This document shows positions 1 to 10,895 of a stretch of DNA of 64,000 nucleotides, piece by piece. Numbering within the stretch: the stretch's first letter is position 1; each line of letters begins with the position of its first letter. The DNA comes from Malacoraja senta (Eukaryota). Position numbers and translations under genes: made by a program. Where the stretch lies: positions 682,001 to 746,000 of the forward strand of contig CM075990.1 of the NCBI GenBank assembly GCA_038087875.1. The letters are read 5' to 3'. Under the pieces are notes generated by a model. The model did not search any database. It worked only from the letters and a program-made list of their open reading frames with translations, and was not told the DNA's origin.

Positions 1-360
1 GAAATTCCATTTCAAGCAGGGTGCAAGGCAACCAAATTCAAGTGCAGTTTCCTACCATTTCAAGCAGGGTGTAAGGCCACCAAATTCAAGTGCAGTTTCT
101 TACCACTTCAAGCAGGGTGCAAGGCCACCGAATTCAATTGCAGTTTCATACCACTTCAAGCAGGGTGCAAGGCCACCGAATGCTAGTGCTGTTTCATGCC
201 ATTTCAAGCAGGGTGCAAGGCCACCAAATTCAAGTGCAGTTTCATACCACTTCAAGCAGGGTGCAAGACAACCAAATTGAAGTGCAGTTTCATACCATTT
301 CAAGCAGGGTGCAAGGCCACCACATTCCAATGCAGTTTCATACCATTTCAAGCAGGGTGA
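1..360. repeat. 48-bp minisatellite, ~7.5 copies (ttcaagcagggtgcaaggccaccaaattcaagtgcagtttcataccat), truncated by window start
   Basis: TTCAAGCAGG recurs at 11, 59, 107, 155, 203, 251, 299, 347 (period 48); this explains the 16-aa repeat ORFs. Confidence 0.95.
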
Positions 361-765
361 AACCACCATAAAACCACTATAAAATAACCACACAAAACAC
401 CACATAAACACCACACTCACAGTTCAGTAGACATTCAGTGTGTTCAGTTGATTCACTGCTCAGACAGAGTCGTGACCTCTCTCTCCTCCATCTTGCAGAA
501 ACTGAGCCACACCCACACTTACGGGTTTTATAATCCCTCCCCCTCCAACTGGAAGGGGCGTGGCCGTCATGGCGTGATTGACAGGAGAGAGATTCTCAAC
601 ATGTTTTAAACACTAATAACACTTTTAATTTTCATTAATGGGAAGAATCCTCTGCACCTTATGAGTGGCGAGGAACTGAGTAAGAAGGCCTAAAATCACA
701 GCCGTAAGTGGTAGCGTTTTATCTAAAATCAATATTCAGTGCAAACAGGAAGTTGTCAAGTTTCC
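361..765 (+). mobile_element. Distal part of a non-autonomous Helentron/HINE-like repeat
   Basis: 620-762 (...aaaatcacagccgtaag...aaacaggaagttgtcaag) resembles 30239-30370 (...aaaaatcgtagcgctagg...gacaggaagtggtcaag); block ~413-510 is repeated at ~1376-1470. Confidence 0.5.
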
Positions 766-1345
766 ACCAACAACAGCCATTTTTTTTGGCATTGCAGCCT
801 TTCAAAGTAGTTACCACCACCAACAACAGCCATTTTTTTGCAGTGCAGCCTTTCAAAGCAGTTACCAAAACCAACAGCCTTTTTTTTTGGCAGTGCAACC
901 TTTCAAAGCAGTTACCACCACCAACAACAGCCATTATTTTTGCAGTGCAGCCTTTCAAAGCAGTTACCACCACCAACAACAGCCTTTTTATTGCAGTGCA
1001 GCGATTCAAAGGAGTTACCACCACCAACAACAGCCATTTTTTTTGCAGTGCAGCCTTTTAAAAGCAGTTACCACCAACAACAACAGCCATTTGTTTTGCA
1101 GTGCAGCCTTTGAAAGCAGTTACCACCACCAACAACAGCCTTTTTTTTTGCAGTACAGCCTTTCAAAGCAGTTACAACAACCAACAACAGCCATTTTTCC
1201 CAATGCAGCCATTTTAAAGCAGTGCAGCCTTTCAAAGCAGTTACCACCATCAACAACAGCCATTTTTTTTTGCAGTGCAGCCTTTCAAAGCAGTTACCAC
1301 CATCAACAATAGCTATTTTTTTTGCAGTGCAGCATTTCAAAGCAA
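766..1345. repeat. ~55-60-bp minisatellite, ~10 copies (accaccaacaacagccatttttttgcagtgcagcctttcaaagcagtt)
   Basis: Direct tandem copies visible, with variable T-run length. Confidence 0.93.
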
Positions 1346-1504
1346 CCATTTTTTCATTTTCAAACCACATTTAGGGCACTCACAGTTGAGTAGCCATGTG
1401 TTCAGTATTAGTCAGAGCTCAGAGAGACGTGACCCTCTTGCTTCCTCCATCTTGCAGAGACTGAGTGAGGCTGACTATATCTCTCAATTTCCCTTATCCT
1501 TAAC

Positions 1505-1602
1505 CAGTCTGAAGAAGGGTCTCGATCCGAAACATCACCCATTTCTCTCTCCAGGGATGCTGCCTGTCCCGCTGAGTTACTCCAGCTTTTTGTGTCTACC
1601 TT
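1505..1602 (+). mobile_element. Penelope pseudo-LTR module with hammerhead-like core
   Basis: ctgaaga-agggtctcgatcc-gaaacatc followed by the conserved gatgctgcctgtcccgctgagttactccagc block found downstream of the GIY-YIG ORF copies. Confidence 0.75.
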
Positions 1603-1689
1603 TAGTTTAGTTCAGTTTAATTAAGAGATACAGCACAGAAACAGACCCCTTGGTACTTTCTGCAGCTTCCTTCATTCTTGGGTATTCAA

Positions 1690-2040
1690 GTTACCGAGCC
1701 AGACTCTAATGCTACCAGTAAATATATTGGCTACCGTACACCTATAGGGGTTCGATAAAGTATTCAGTAACATGTAGAATCTCCTCAAACTTCTGAGGAA
1801 GTTGACTTTACTTTGTTGTCAAGTGTATCGAGGTGCAGTGAGAAGCTTTTGTTGTGTGCTAACCAGTCAGCAGAAAGACAATACATGATTACAATCCAGC
1901 CATTTACAGTGTATAGATACATGATAAGGGAATAACGTTTAGTGCCAGGTAAAGCCAGCAAAGCCGTTGGTTAGCTAACGTTGTGATTGCATCAACATGC
2001 TGGGCCCAGGACAGATCATCAGAGACATGCCCAGGAACTT
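1690..2040 (-). mobile_element. Decayed Rex1/Babar LINE fragments including a 3' UTR piece
   Basis: Reverse-complement similarity to Rex1 C-terminal coding and 3' UTR seen at 60840-61420. Confidence 0.6.
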
Positions 2041-2052
2041 CATTACAAGTGA

Positions 2053-2085
<33 letters not shown>

Positions 2086-2428
2086 GAGAATGAAGCAATT
2101 TAGTGTCATTAGCGTATGCTTGTCCTCACTACACAGAAAAAATATAAATGAATGATTTACATTTGTGATATAGCCTTATGTCCTCAAAGCCCAAAATATG
2201 TTTAAAAGCCTATGAAATATGTTTGTGCATTCTCAACAAATTTGTAGGAAGTTGACAACCAATTTGCGCGCCTCACATTTTCACAGACAGTAATGTGATA
2301 ATGACCCTATAATCTGTTTTACTAATGCAGTTTCCATATAAATATTGACCCAAGCAAAAGGCAGAATCAACCAGCTCATTATTATTAGTAATTTACATTT
2401 CCTTTGGCATTCACAACAACTTTAATTT

Positions 2429-2573
2429 CTGAAGAACTAAAAAACTGAAGAAGGGTCTCGACCCGAAACGTCACCCGTTCCTTCTCTCCAGAGATGCTGC
2501 CTGTCCCGCTGAGTTACTCTTGCTTTCTGTGTCTACCTTCAGTTTAAACCAGCATCTGCAGATCCTTCTTACA
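2429..2573 (+). mobile_element. Short Penelope pLTR/hammerhead-like module with 12-bp TSD
   Basis: ctgaagaagggtctcgacccgaaacgtcacc core; caactttaattt at 2417-2428 and 2574-2585. Confidence 0.8.
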
Positions 2574-2681
2574 CAACTTTAATTTAATATTTTATACCAA
2601 AAAAGCCATTCTGACAGTTTCTTCAGGTTTACACTAAAGTGGTAGCCAGGGTGTTGTGCCTATATCTGTGAAGCAGAGTAA

Positions 2682-3198
2682 AGGGCCTGTCCCACGGGCA
2701 TGCGACTCCATGCGGCAAGCGCGACCTAACCGCAAGCAGGGGCCGTGCAGGGGCCGCGCGGAGGTCGCGGGGCCAGTCCCACTTCGATCGCCGGAGCCGT
2801 ATGGAGTGGTCCCGACATCGCGCGGGGCTCCGAAAAACTGACACTGTTCAAAAATTCCGCGCAGCAACGGCCTGCCGCCCCACAGCCGCATCGAGGCCGT
2901 GCGCACCGCCTCGACGCCGGATGCAGCCGCCTCGAGGCCTTGCGCACCGCCTCGACGCCAGACGCAGCCGCATCGAGGCCGTGCGCAGCGCCTCGCCGCC
3001 GTACACACCGTCTTGACGTCACTCGACCTCCGCGCGGCCCCCGCTTCCGGTTTGGTAGCGCTTGCCGCATACAGCCGCATGCTGGTGGGACCGGCCCTGT
3101 ACGGGGATCACTCGACCTCCACACGGCCCCCGTGCAGCCCCCGCTTCTGGTTAGGTCGCGCTTGCCGCATGGAGTCGCATGCACGTGGGACAGGCCCA
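2682..3198. mobile_element. PIF/Harbinger-type MITE (GC-rich)
   Basis: TIR agggcctgtcccac ... gtgggacaggccca, extended internal inverted repeat, TAA on both sides. Confidence 0.85.
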
Positions 3199-3201
3199 TA
3201 A

Positions 3202-3679
3202 AGGGCCTATCCCACTTGTATGCGACTGCATGCGTTTGGCGCGACAAAACGTGGTTGCTTGAGGCTTACGGGCCGGTCCCACTTAGAAGTGCGGAGTTGT
3301 GCGGGGCTGGTCCCGACATCGCGTGGGGCTCCGAAAAACTGACACTGTTCGAAATCTTCGCTCGCCAACGGCCTGTCGACATGCAGGCACATTGCGGTCG
3401 TACGCAGCGTCTTGACGGCATATGCAGCGTCTTGACGCCGTACGCCTAGCGCGTGGCGTTGCGCGATGACATCACTGCCCGGCGTGGCGTTACGTGATGA
3501 CGTCAACGCCCGACGCTGTGCGACGCCCAAATTCAGTCGGCCCGCCTCCTGCCCAGCTGATTAGTAAGTATGACGCAAATGACATCACACTCGAACAGCG
3601 CGAACTTAGCGCGTACTTAGCGCGAACTTCGCGTGAACTCCACTTCCGTTTGCAATTGCATGCGAGTGGGACAGGCCCT
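3202..3679. mobile_element. Second Harbinger-type MITE, directly in tandem with the first
   Basis: TIR agggcctatcccac ... gtgggacaggccct; TAA at 3199-3201 and 3680-3682. Confidence 0.85.
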
Positions 3680-3974
3680 TAAAGGCATTTACAGGAGATA
3701 GACGATTGTGGAATACCTGCCCAATGTTGCAGAATACCTGCTTACCATTTCCTCGGTGGGACCTCCAAAGACATACAGACAAGTATGTCGGTAAATTGGC
3801 TTGGTGAATGTAAAAAGAATTGTCCTTAGTGTGTGGCAGATAGTGTTAATATGCGGGGATCGCTGGTCGAAGCGGAACCAGTGGGGCGAAGGGCCTGATT
3901 CTGCATTGAATCTTTAAACTAAACTAAAACTAAATAAACCATAGAATGGGAGAGCAGAGATATCATTTTACTTA

Positions 3975-4770
3975 TACACAAAATGCTGGAGTAACTCAGT
4001 GGGACAGGCAGCATCTCTGGATAGAAGGAATGGGTGACGTTTCAAGTTGAGACCCTTCATCAGACTGAGAATCAGGAGAGAGAGAGTATCAGAAATATGG
4101 AAAGGTAAGGGGTGAAACAACAGACCAAGAAAGTGAGAAATGGTTAATTGTTAGCTGATGGGAAGTTGACAATGAGGAGAACTAGGGTGCGGGAGGGACG
4201 GAGAGATAGAGAAGGCAAGGGTTACTTGAAGTTGGAGAATTCAATGCTCATACCGCTGGGGTGTAAACTACCCAAGAAAAATATGAGGTGCTGTTTCTCA
4301 AATTTGCGCTGGGCCTCACTCTGACTGGAGGAGGCCAGGGACAGAAAGGTCAGTGTGGGAATGGGAGGGGGAGTTGAAGTGTTTAGCAACCAGGAGATCA
4401 CATAGGTTTTGGTGGACTAAGCGTAGGTGTTCAGCGAAACGATCACCGAACCTGCGCTTAGTCTCGCCGATATATAGGAGTCCACACCTGGAACAGCGGA
4501 TAAAGTAGATGAGGTTGGAGGAGATGCAAGTGAACCTCTGCCACACCTGAAAGGTCATCGGGGTTCTTGGACGGAGTCGAATGAGGTGTAGGGACAGATG
4601 TTGCATCTCCTGCGGTTGTAGGGGAAAGTACCTGGGGAGGAGGTGGATCAGGTGGGATGGGACGAGTTAGCCAGGTAGTTGCAGAAGGAACAGTCTCTGT
4701 GGAAAGGGGTGGAGATGGGAAGATGTGGCTAATGGTGGGATCCCGTTGGAGATGGCGAAAATGTCGAAGG
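3975..4770 (-). mobile_element. Penelope-like element 3' fragment (GIY-YIG endonuclease plus pLTR)
   Basis: GIY-YIG reading frame; pLTR with ctgatga-agggtctcaactt-gaaacgtc on the minus strand at ~4035-4065. Confidence 0.9.
4316..4606 (-). pseudogene. Penelope GIY-YIG endonuclease fragment
   Basis: FTC..NLIYFIRCSRCGLLYIGETKRRFGDRFAEH..VAKHFN: the PLE GIY-YIG/CCHH signature. Confidence 0.9.
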
Positions 4771-5074
4771 ATTTTATTTCATTTAAAAATATTGTTTCAA
4801 GATATTATTTTACTTTCAATTAATAATTTACAGTAATTAGTTACTTGAGCTATTCACAACTTTTGCAGCTTGAAAATAAGTGATGTGATAAATTCAAATC
4901 AAAATAAACTCTACTAATTATGTTGGGTTGTTGTGAAACAATAATCATCTAGCAGCTGTTTAATCTTCAGTGGTTTATCAAGTGTAGGGTTTGTGAGATT
5001 GTTAAAAAATAAATCCATTTAATAGGGGAAAGAGCCCTTGTGTCACAGAGAGCCCATGCCTCTAGTGGTGGTGG

Positions 5075-5397
5075 AGTGGTAGTGCAATGGTAGAGCTACT
5101 GCGTTACAGTACTAGAGGCCCGGGTTTGATCACCACTACGGGTGCTGTCTGTACGGAATTTGTACGTTCTCCTCGTGACCTGCGTGGGTTCCCTCCGAGA
5201 TCTTCGGTTTCTTCCCACACTCCAAAGACGTACCGGTTTGCAGGTTAATTGGCTTGGTATAAATGTAAAGAAATGTATCTAATGGGTGTAGGATGGTGTT
5301 AATGTACAGGGAGCGCAGATCAGTACGGACTAGGTAGGCCAAAGGGCCTGTTTCCACGCTGTATCTCTAAACTAAACTAAACTAAACTAAACTAAAC
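5075..5397 (+). mobile_element. tRNA-derived V-SINE (HE1-like)
   Basis: Box A/B-like head (gtagtgcaatggtag; gggtttgatc), central ttcccacactccaaagacgt domain, (aaact)n tail. Confidence 0.85.
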
Positions 5398-5614
5398 AAA
5401 AACATTGAAAGTGGTGTGGAAGCAGGGAGCACCTTGTTAATTTTAAACTTGTGCAAATCTGTATTTCTGCCCTGACATTGTCTGGTTTCCACAAGGGACC
5501 CGCAAATCCTAATCAGGCCAAAACTTTGTTTTTGAAAATTAAGTAACGTATTAGTTTTCCAAATGACTTCGACTCTCACATAGCATTCTCCAAGTCACAA
5601 AAGCAGAGAAACTG

Positions 5615-6460
5615 ATGAAGGCCAATGTGCCAAAAACCTTCTTGACCATCTTATCTACCTGTGATACCACTTTCAAGGAGCTGGGTACCTGCACTCCTAG
5701 ATCCCCCTGCCATTTACTGTGAAGGTCCTGCCCTGCTTAGACTTCCCAAAATGCAGCACCTTACATTTATCTGCATTAATCTCCATTAAACATTCCTCTG
5801 CGCACTTGCCCAACTGATCAAAATCTTGGTGTAACCTTTGCCATCTACAGTTCCACCCACTTTAGTGTCATCTGCAAACTTGCTAATCATGCCTCAGACA
5901 CTCTCATACAAATGGTTGATATAAACCACAAACATCAATGGGCCTAGCACCGATCCTTGAGGCACACCAGTAATCACAGGCCTCCAGTCTGAAAAACAAC
6001 CCTCCACCATCAACAGCAGGAAGCCAATTTTTTCTCCAGTTGGCTAGCTCTCCCTGGATCCCAATGTGATCTAACCTTCCAGATCTACCTTCAAAGCTAA
6101 GTCCGTCAAGTCCAAAGGTGAACACAATACTCCAAGTGTGGCCTCACCATTGAATCATGTAACATAACATTTCAATTTCTATGTTCAAGAAAGAACTGCA
6201 GATGATGGAAAAATCGAAGGTAGACAAAAATGCTGGAGAAATTCAGCGGGTGAGGCAGGATCTATGGAGCAAAGGAATAGGTGACGTTTCGGGTAGAGAC
6301 CCTTCTTCAGACCCTTCTTTCAATTTCAATATCCTTCCATTTCTATACTCACTGCACTTACTGATGAAAGCCAGCATGCCAAAAGTCTTCTTCGCCACCT
6401 TGTCCACATGAGATGCCACTTTCAATGAACTATGTACTTATACACCTGGGTCCCAGTGTG
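5615..6460 (-). mobile_element. Decayed CR1-like LINE fragments with an inserted Penelope module at ~6183-6320
   Basis: GIQGELANW.KNWL and HVDKVAKKTFGMLAFI motifs on the minus strand. Confidence 0.75.
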
Positions 6461-7024
6461 AAGGTTCGTTTCTTAATAAGCAGATAGCAACGAACATTGA
6501 AGGTAGACCATGGCAATCTTTAATTGATTCATCAGATGGAAATGGCGAGATTACAATGAGCACAAATGTTGTTCAGTGCTTCTCGGGCTCCCACTCACAG
6601 AACAAAGGTGAGTTAGCACAATTATACATTTTTCTTATCAGTAAAACACTCCTACCAAGTCTGAATATGGCATGACTGAAAGATTCTGTAGCCTTTCACA
6701 ATATATGAAAGCTGGGTCCAAATCGAGCTCATTACTTATCTCTGGAGCGTCAGGTATTTTTTTCAATCTTGGCTTCTTTATGACCTTGAAGAAGCACATG
6801 TTATTACTGCAGGCTGCCATCTTAATGTCTTTATTGAAAAGACAACCTGTCCTCCATATTGTGTTTCATATAATTTACAAAGTCATTCAGACTTGGCACC
6901 GAGCCATTCTTTTGCTCTAATAGTCCATGCTTTTGTAGAAGAACGACTCCATTTTCGATTTGACTATTAGGTTTCACCAGGGCCGTACATTGCACTGTGA
7001 AACTGCTATTCTAATTTGACTTCC

Positions 7025-7805
7025 CATAATGTAACACCTCATGTATCTGCCCACTCACCCAGCCTGTCCAAGTCACCCTGCATTCTCATAGCATCCTCCT
7101 CACAGTTCACTGCCACCCAGCTTTGTGTCATCTGCAAATTTCCTCATGTTATTTGTAATCCCTTCATCAAAGTCATTAATATTTATCATAAATAGCTGCG
7201 GTCCCAGCACCGAGCCTTGTGGTACCCCACTAGTTACTGCCTGCCATTCTGAAAGGGACCCTTAATCCCTACTCTGTGTTTCCTGTCTGCCAACCAATTT
7301 TCTATCCATGTCAGCACTCTACCCCCAATACCATGTGCCCTAATTTTGCCCACTAATCTCCTATGTGGGACCTTATCAAATGCTTTCTGAAAGTCCAGGT
7401 ACACTACACCTACTGGCTCTCCCTTGTCCATTTTTCCTAGTTACATCCTCAAAAAATTCCAGAAGATTAGTCAAGCATGATTTCCCCTTCGTAAATCCAT
7501 GCTGACTCTGACCGATGCTATTACTGCTATCCAAATGTGCGGCTATTTCATCTTTTATGATTGACTCCAGCATCTTCTCCACCATCAATGTCAGGCTAAC
7601 TGGTCTATAATTCCGTTTTCTCTCTCCCGCCTTTCTTATAAAGTGGGATAAAATTAGCTACCCTCCAATTCACAGGAACTGATCCTGAATCTATAGAACA
7701 TTGGAAAATGATCACCAATGCGTCCACGATTTTTTAGACCCACTGCCTTAAGTATCCTGGGATGCAGACCATCATGCCCTGGGGATTTATCAGCCTTCAG
7801 TCCCA
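7025..7805 (-). mobile_element. CR1-like LINE RT fragment
   Basis: QHGFTKGKSCLTNLLEFFEDVT; VVYLDFQKAFDKVPH; FADD region. Confidence 0.9.
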
Positions 7806-8172
7806 TCTTCTTCTTCGAGTCCGTTGCAATCTCAGATGTCGTTCTGCCAGTATCTGGCGCAGGTCACAGCTGGTCGAGTCGGTTCAGCCAGGTCCTGGGG
7901 GCTGCACTGGGGGACGTCGTCACACTCCAGTAGGTGGGACATTGTCTGTACTGCTCCACAGCTGCATGTGTCTTCTGCCTGGTAGTTCCATGCTTTCATA
8001 AGTGCTTTACACCTCCCCTGCTCAACTCGTAATCTGTTGAGGGTCTTCCAGGTTGGCCATGGGAGGTCCTGCCCGCTGGCGAGGCATTCAGTCGGAGTGA
8101 TTCCTCTCTCCATCCAGTCGTGGGCTCGTGTGTTGAGCTGGTTCCATTCATCTTTCCAGATGCACCAGACAC
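7806..8172 (-). mobile_element. 3' end of an Ingi/Vingi-like LINE (CCHC C-terminus, (GAA)n tail)
   Basis: WKTLNRLR..GRC..W..CSCG..QTMSHLLEC motif, very short 3' UTR, then gaagaagaaga. Confidence 0.7.
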
Positions 8173-8743
8173 ATGGAGGCAGGGAATATAGGACAATTTG
8201 TCACTTCTTTAGAAAGACACATAATACTCACATTATATATAGTACTGATTTCTCAAAAAAAGATGTGTGGTCACCCTAATCTAGTTAAACCTCAATTATT
8301 TCTCAAATACACACATACTAATCATCACAGGTTATTAAGTTTTAAATAAAGCTATTTGAAATAATTTAACTTTTGCATATATTTCTTAAGAATAGTTTAC
8401 CTCATATACTCTGGCCCAGCTCGCATTGAATCATACACGTCATTGTTCTTACATTAACATCCCTCCCTTTTTTTTTAAATTTTTCTTGCCATTCAAAGCA
8501 TTATAGATCTGCTTCATTCTTCTAAGTCTTTATGCCCTCTAAACCTGTTCATCACATTTCAAACTTTCTGCAGTTCTGATGAACTGGGCGGTGGCGCAGC
8601 GGTAGAGTTGCTGCCTCACAGTGCCAGAGACCCGGGTTCAATCCTGACTATGGGTGCTCTCTGTACGGAGTCTGTAAATTCTTCCCGTGACCTGCGTAGC
8701 TTTTCTCCAGGATCTCCGGTTTCCTCCCACACTCCAAAGACGT

Positions 8744-8951
8744 CTTCTTCTTCTTGCGTTTGAGGCAGCAGAAGTTTACAGCAGGATGATATGCCATCCG
8801 CTTCGACATCCGTAGGTGCCCGCCCTAAAAAGGGCGCATGCCCCGGGTTGACGCCAAGATGCGGTGCTGCTGCCGTCTCTGTTTGTTGTCATTTGCCTGA
8901 CTGAGGTCAGTTGACAGGGCTCACCAAGGGGAGGTCGACAACATGAGCCCC
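8744..8951 (-). mobile_element. Short non-autonomous retroposon with 5' HDV-like ribozyme and (GAA)n tail
   Basis: 13-bp TSD actccaaagacgt (8731-8743 and 8952-8964); 3' tail gaagaagaag; no tRNA head and no recognisable coding motif. Confidence 0.88.
8884..8951 (-). ncRNA. HDV-like self-cleaving ribozyme (predicted)
   Basis: Minus strand GGGGCTC-A-TGTTGTCG-ACC-TCCCCTT-GGT-GAGCCCT-GTCAA-CTGAC-CTCA-GTCAG-GCAAA-TGACAACA: P1 7 bp starting with G.U, P2 8 bp, P3 3 bp, 7-nt L3 starting UCC, P4 hairpin, C in J4/2. Confidence 0.82.
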
Positions 8952-10419
8952 ACTCCAAAGACGTAAAGGTTTGTAGATTATTTGGCTTGGAATAATTGTA
9001 AATTGTCCCGAGTGTGTGTAGGATAGTGTTAGTGTACAGGGGATCGCTGGTCGGCACAGACTCAGTGGGCCGAAGGGCCTGATTCTGCGCTGTATCTCTA
9101 AATTAATCTCAAAGTAAGCTAAGCCAAAAAACGTTATTATTCCGAAACATTGACATGGCTTTCTTGTCCTCAGACATCACCTGAATTTCTGAATATGCAC
9201 GGTATTTCCATCTTTATTTCCAATTTTTAAAGTAATTTTCTTTTTGTGTAAATAAGTTACAATCTTGCCAGGAGCTTCACAGGAGTCTCTGCTCTGGAAT
9301 TTAAATATGAAAGCATTGTTGATAAGTATGATCCGACCTTCTTATTTGATCAGGAAGAATTCACAGGCAGGACCACATCATAGAAACCAGCTGAATCGAT
9401 TAACAGAGTTAAACTAAAAGTTTGCTCATAAGGTCATAAGGTAATAATGGCACAAGTGATAGGAGCAGAATTAGGCAATCCGGCCCATCAAATCTACTCT
9501 GCAATTCAATCGTGGCTGATCTATCTCTCCCTCCTAACCCCATTCTCCTGCCTTCTCCCCATAACCCCTGACACCCGTACTAATCAAGAATCTATCTATC
9601 TAGACCTGAAAAATATCTATTGAACCATTGAATAGTCCTTCAAAGTTAAAATATATTTCCTTCTTGTAGAATAGCTCTGAAGAAAATTAGGAAGCAATCA
9701 TTAAATGAAGTAACACAATAAAACTATCTTAGTTGTCTAAGCATTGGTTAAGAGATCAGGAGAATAGAAAGCCATCAAAAATGATGAGAGAAAGATTTTT
9801 CTGAGATGATGTACTTTTCCAACATTAATAATCAAGCATTATGTCCAATAGATGGCTATTATGGTAATTGAACATTTATTTTTAAATAACTAAAATTAAA
9901 TCTTTGTGGCAGTTGTTGGCATTGGAATCCATTTTGAAAGTTGATATACAAAGAAATATCTTTCTGGTTTGTGTAGGAAGGAACTGCAGATGCTGGTTTA
10001 CACCAAAGATAGAAACAAATTGCTGGAGTAACTCAGCGGGACAGGCAGCATCTCTGGAGATAAGGGAAGGGTGACAGGGTGATGTTTCGGGTCAAGAGAG
10101 TAATAATAACTGTAATAATACTTAATGCAAAAAAAACAAATAGGTATCAATCCGTACAAATCTCTGATGTTGGGGGAAGAAGTCACCTTGTTAGGATGTT
10201 CTGGAAGATTGTAAATATATGTAAGCATTCTCTTCTCATGATATTCTGTGAAGGACGTGGGTTCAGCAGCATCTCTGGTGAAAATGGATAGGTGACGTTT
10301 CGAGTCAGGATGCTTCATCAGATTGATTGTAGTGGCTGGGGGGCGGTGGGCGGGGGGCGGGGAACTGGAAGCAATTGACAAACTCGGACAAATCGGGGCC
10401 TGTAACAAATGATCTCAGT

Positions 10420-10895
10420 CAAAGTGCAGCGTAGGTTCACCAGGTTCATTCCTGGGATGGCGGGACTGACGTATGATGAAAGAATGGGTCAACTGGGCTT
10501 GTATTCGCTGGAATTTAGGATGAGGGGATCTTATAGAAACATATAAAATTCATAGAGGATTGGACAGGGCATATGCAGGAAAAATGTTCCCAATGTTGAA
10601 TCCAGAACCAGGGGTCACAGTTTAAGATTAAAGGACTGAGATGAGGAAAAACGTTTTCACCCAGTGAGTTGTGAATTTGTGGAATTCTCTGCCACAGAAG
10701 GTAGTGGGGGGGCAATTCACTGGATGTTTTCAAGAGAGAGTTAGATTTAACTCTTAGGGCTGGGGGAATCAAGGGATATGGGGAAAAAGCTGGAACAGGG
10801 TATTGATTTTGGTTGATCAACCATGATCATATTTAATGGTGGTGCTGGATCAAAGATCCGATTTGCCTTCTCCTGCACCTATTTTCTATGTTTCT
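10420..10895 (+). mobile_element. CR1-like LINE 3' end
   Basis: RFTRFIPGMAGL region; 3' UTR ending cctgcacctattttctatgtttcta. Confidence 0.85.

Larger units (their letters stand above)
8586..9102 (+). mobile_element. tRNA-derived V-SINE interrupted by a ~208-bp insertion
   Basis: Box A tggcgcagcgg, box B ggttcaatcc; the SINE resumes after the duplicated actccaaagacgt. Confidence 0.9.

Noticed and set aside
1..360. CRISPR-like regular repeats
   Set aside because: Head-to-tail units with no unique spacers, no cas genes, vertebrate context.
90..1370. Repetitive ORFs (TTSSRVQGH.., AVQPFKAVTTTNNS..)
   Set aside because: Translations of minisatellites, open in several frames and on both strands; no coding evidence.
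2629..3682. Cluster of Arg/Ala/Pro-rich ORFs up to 234 aa
   Set aside because: GC-rich MITE interiors lack stop codons by composition.
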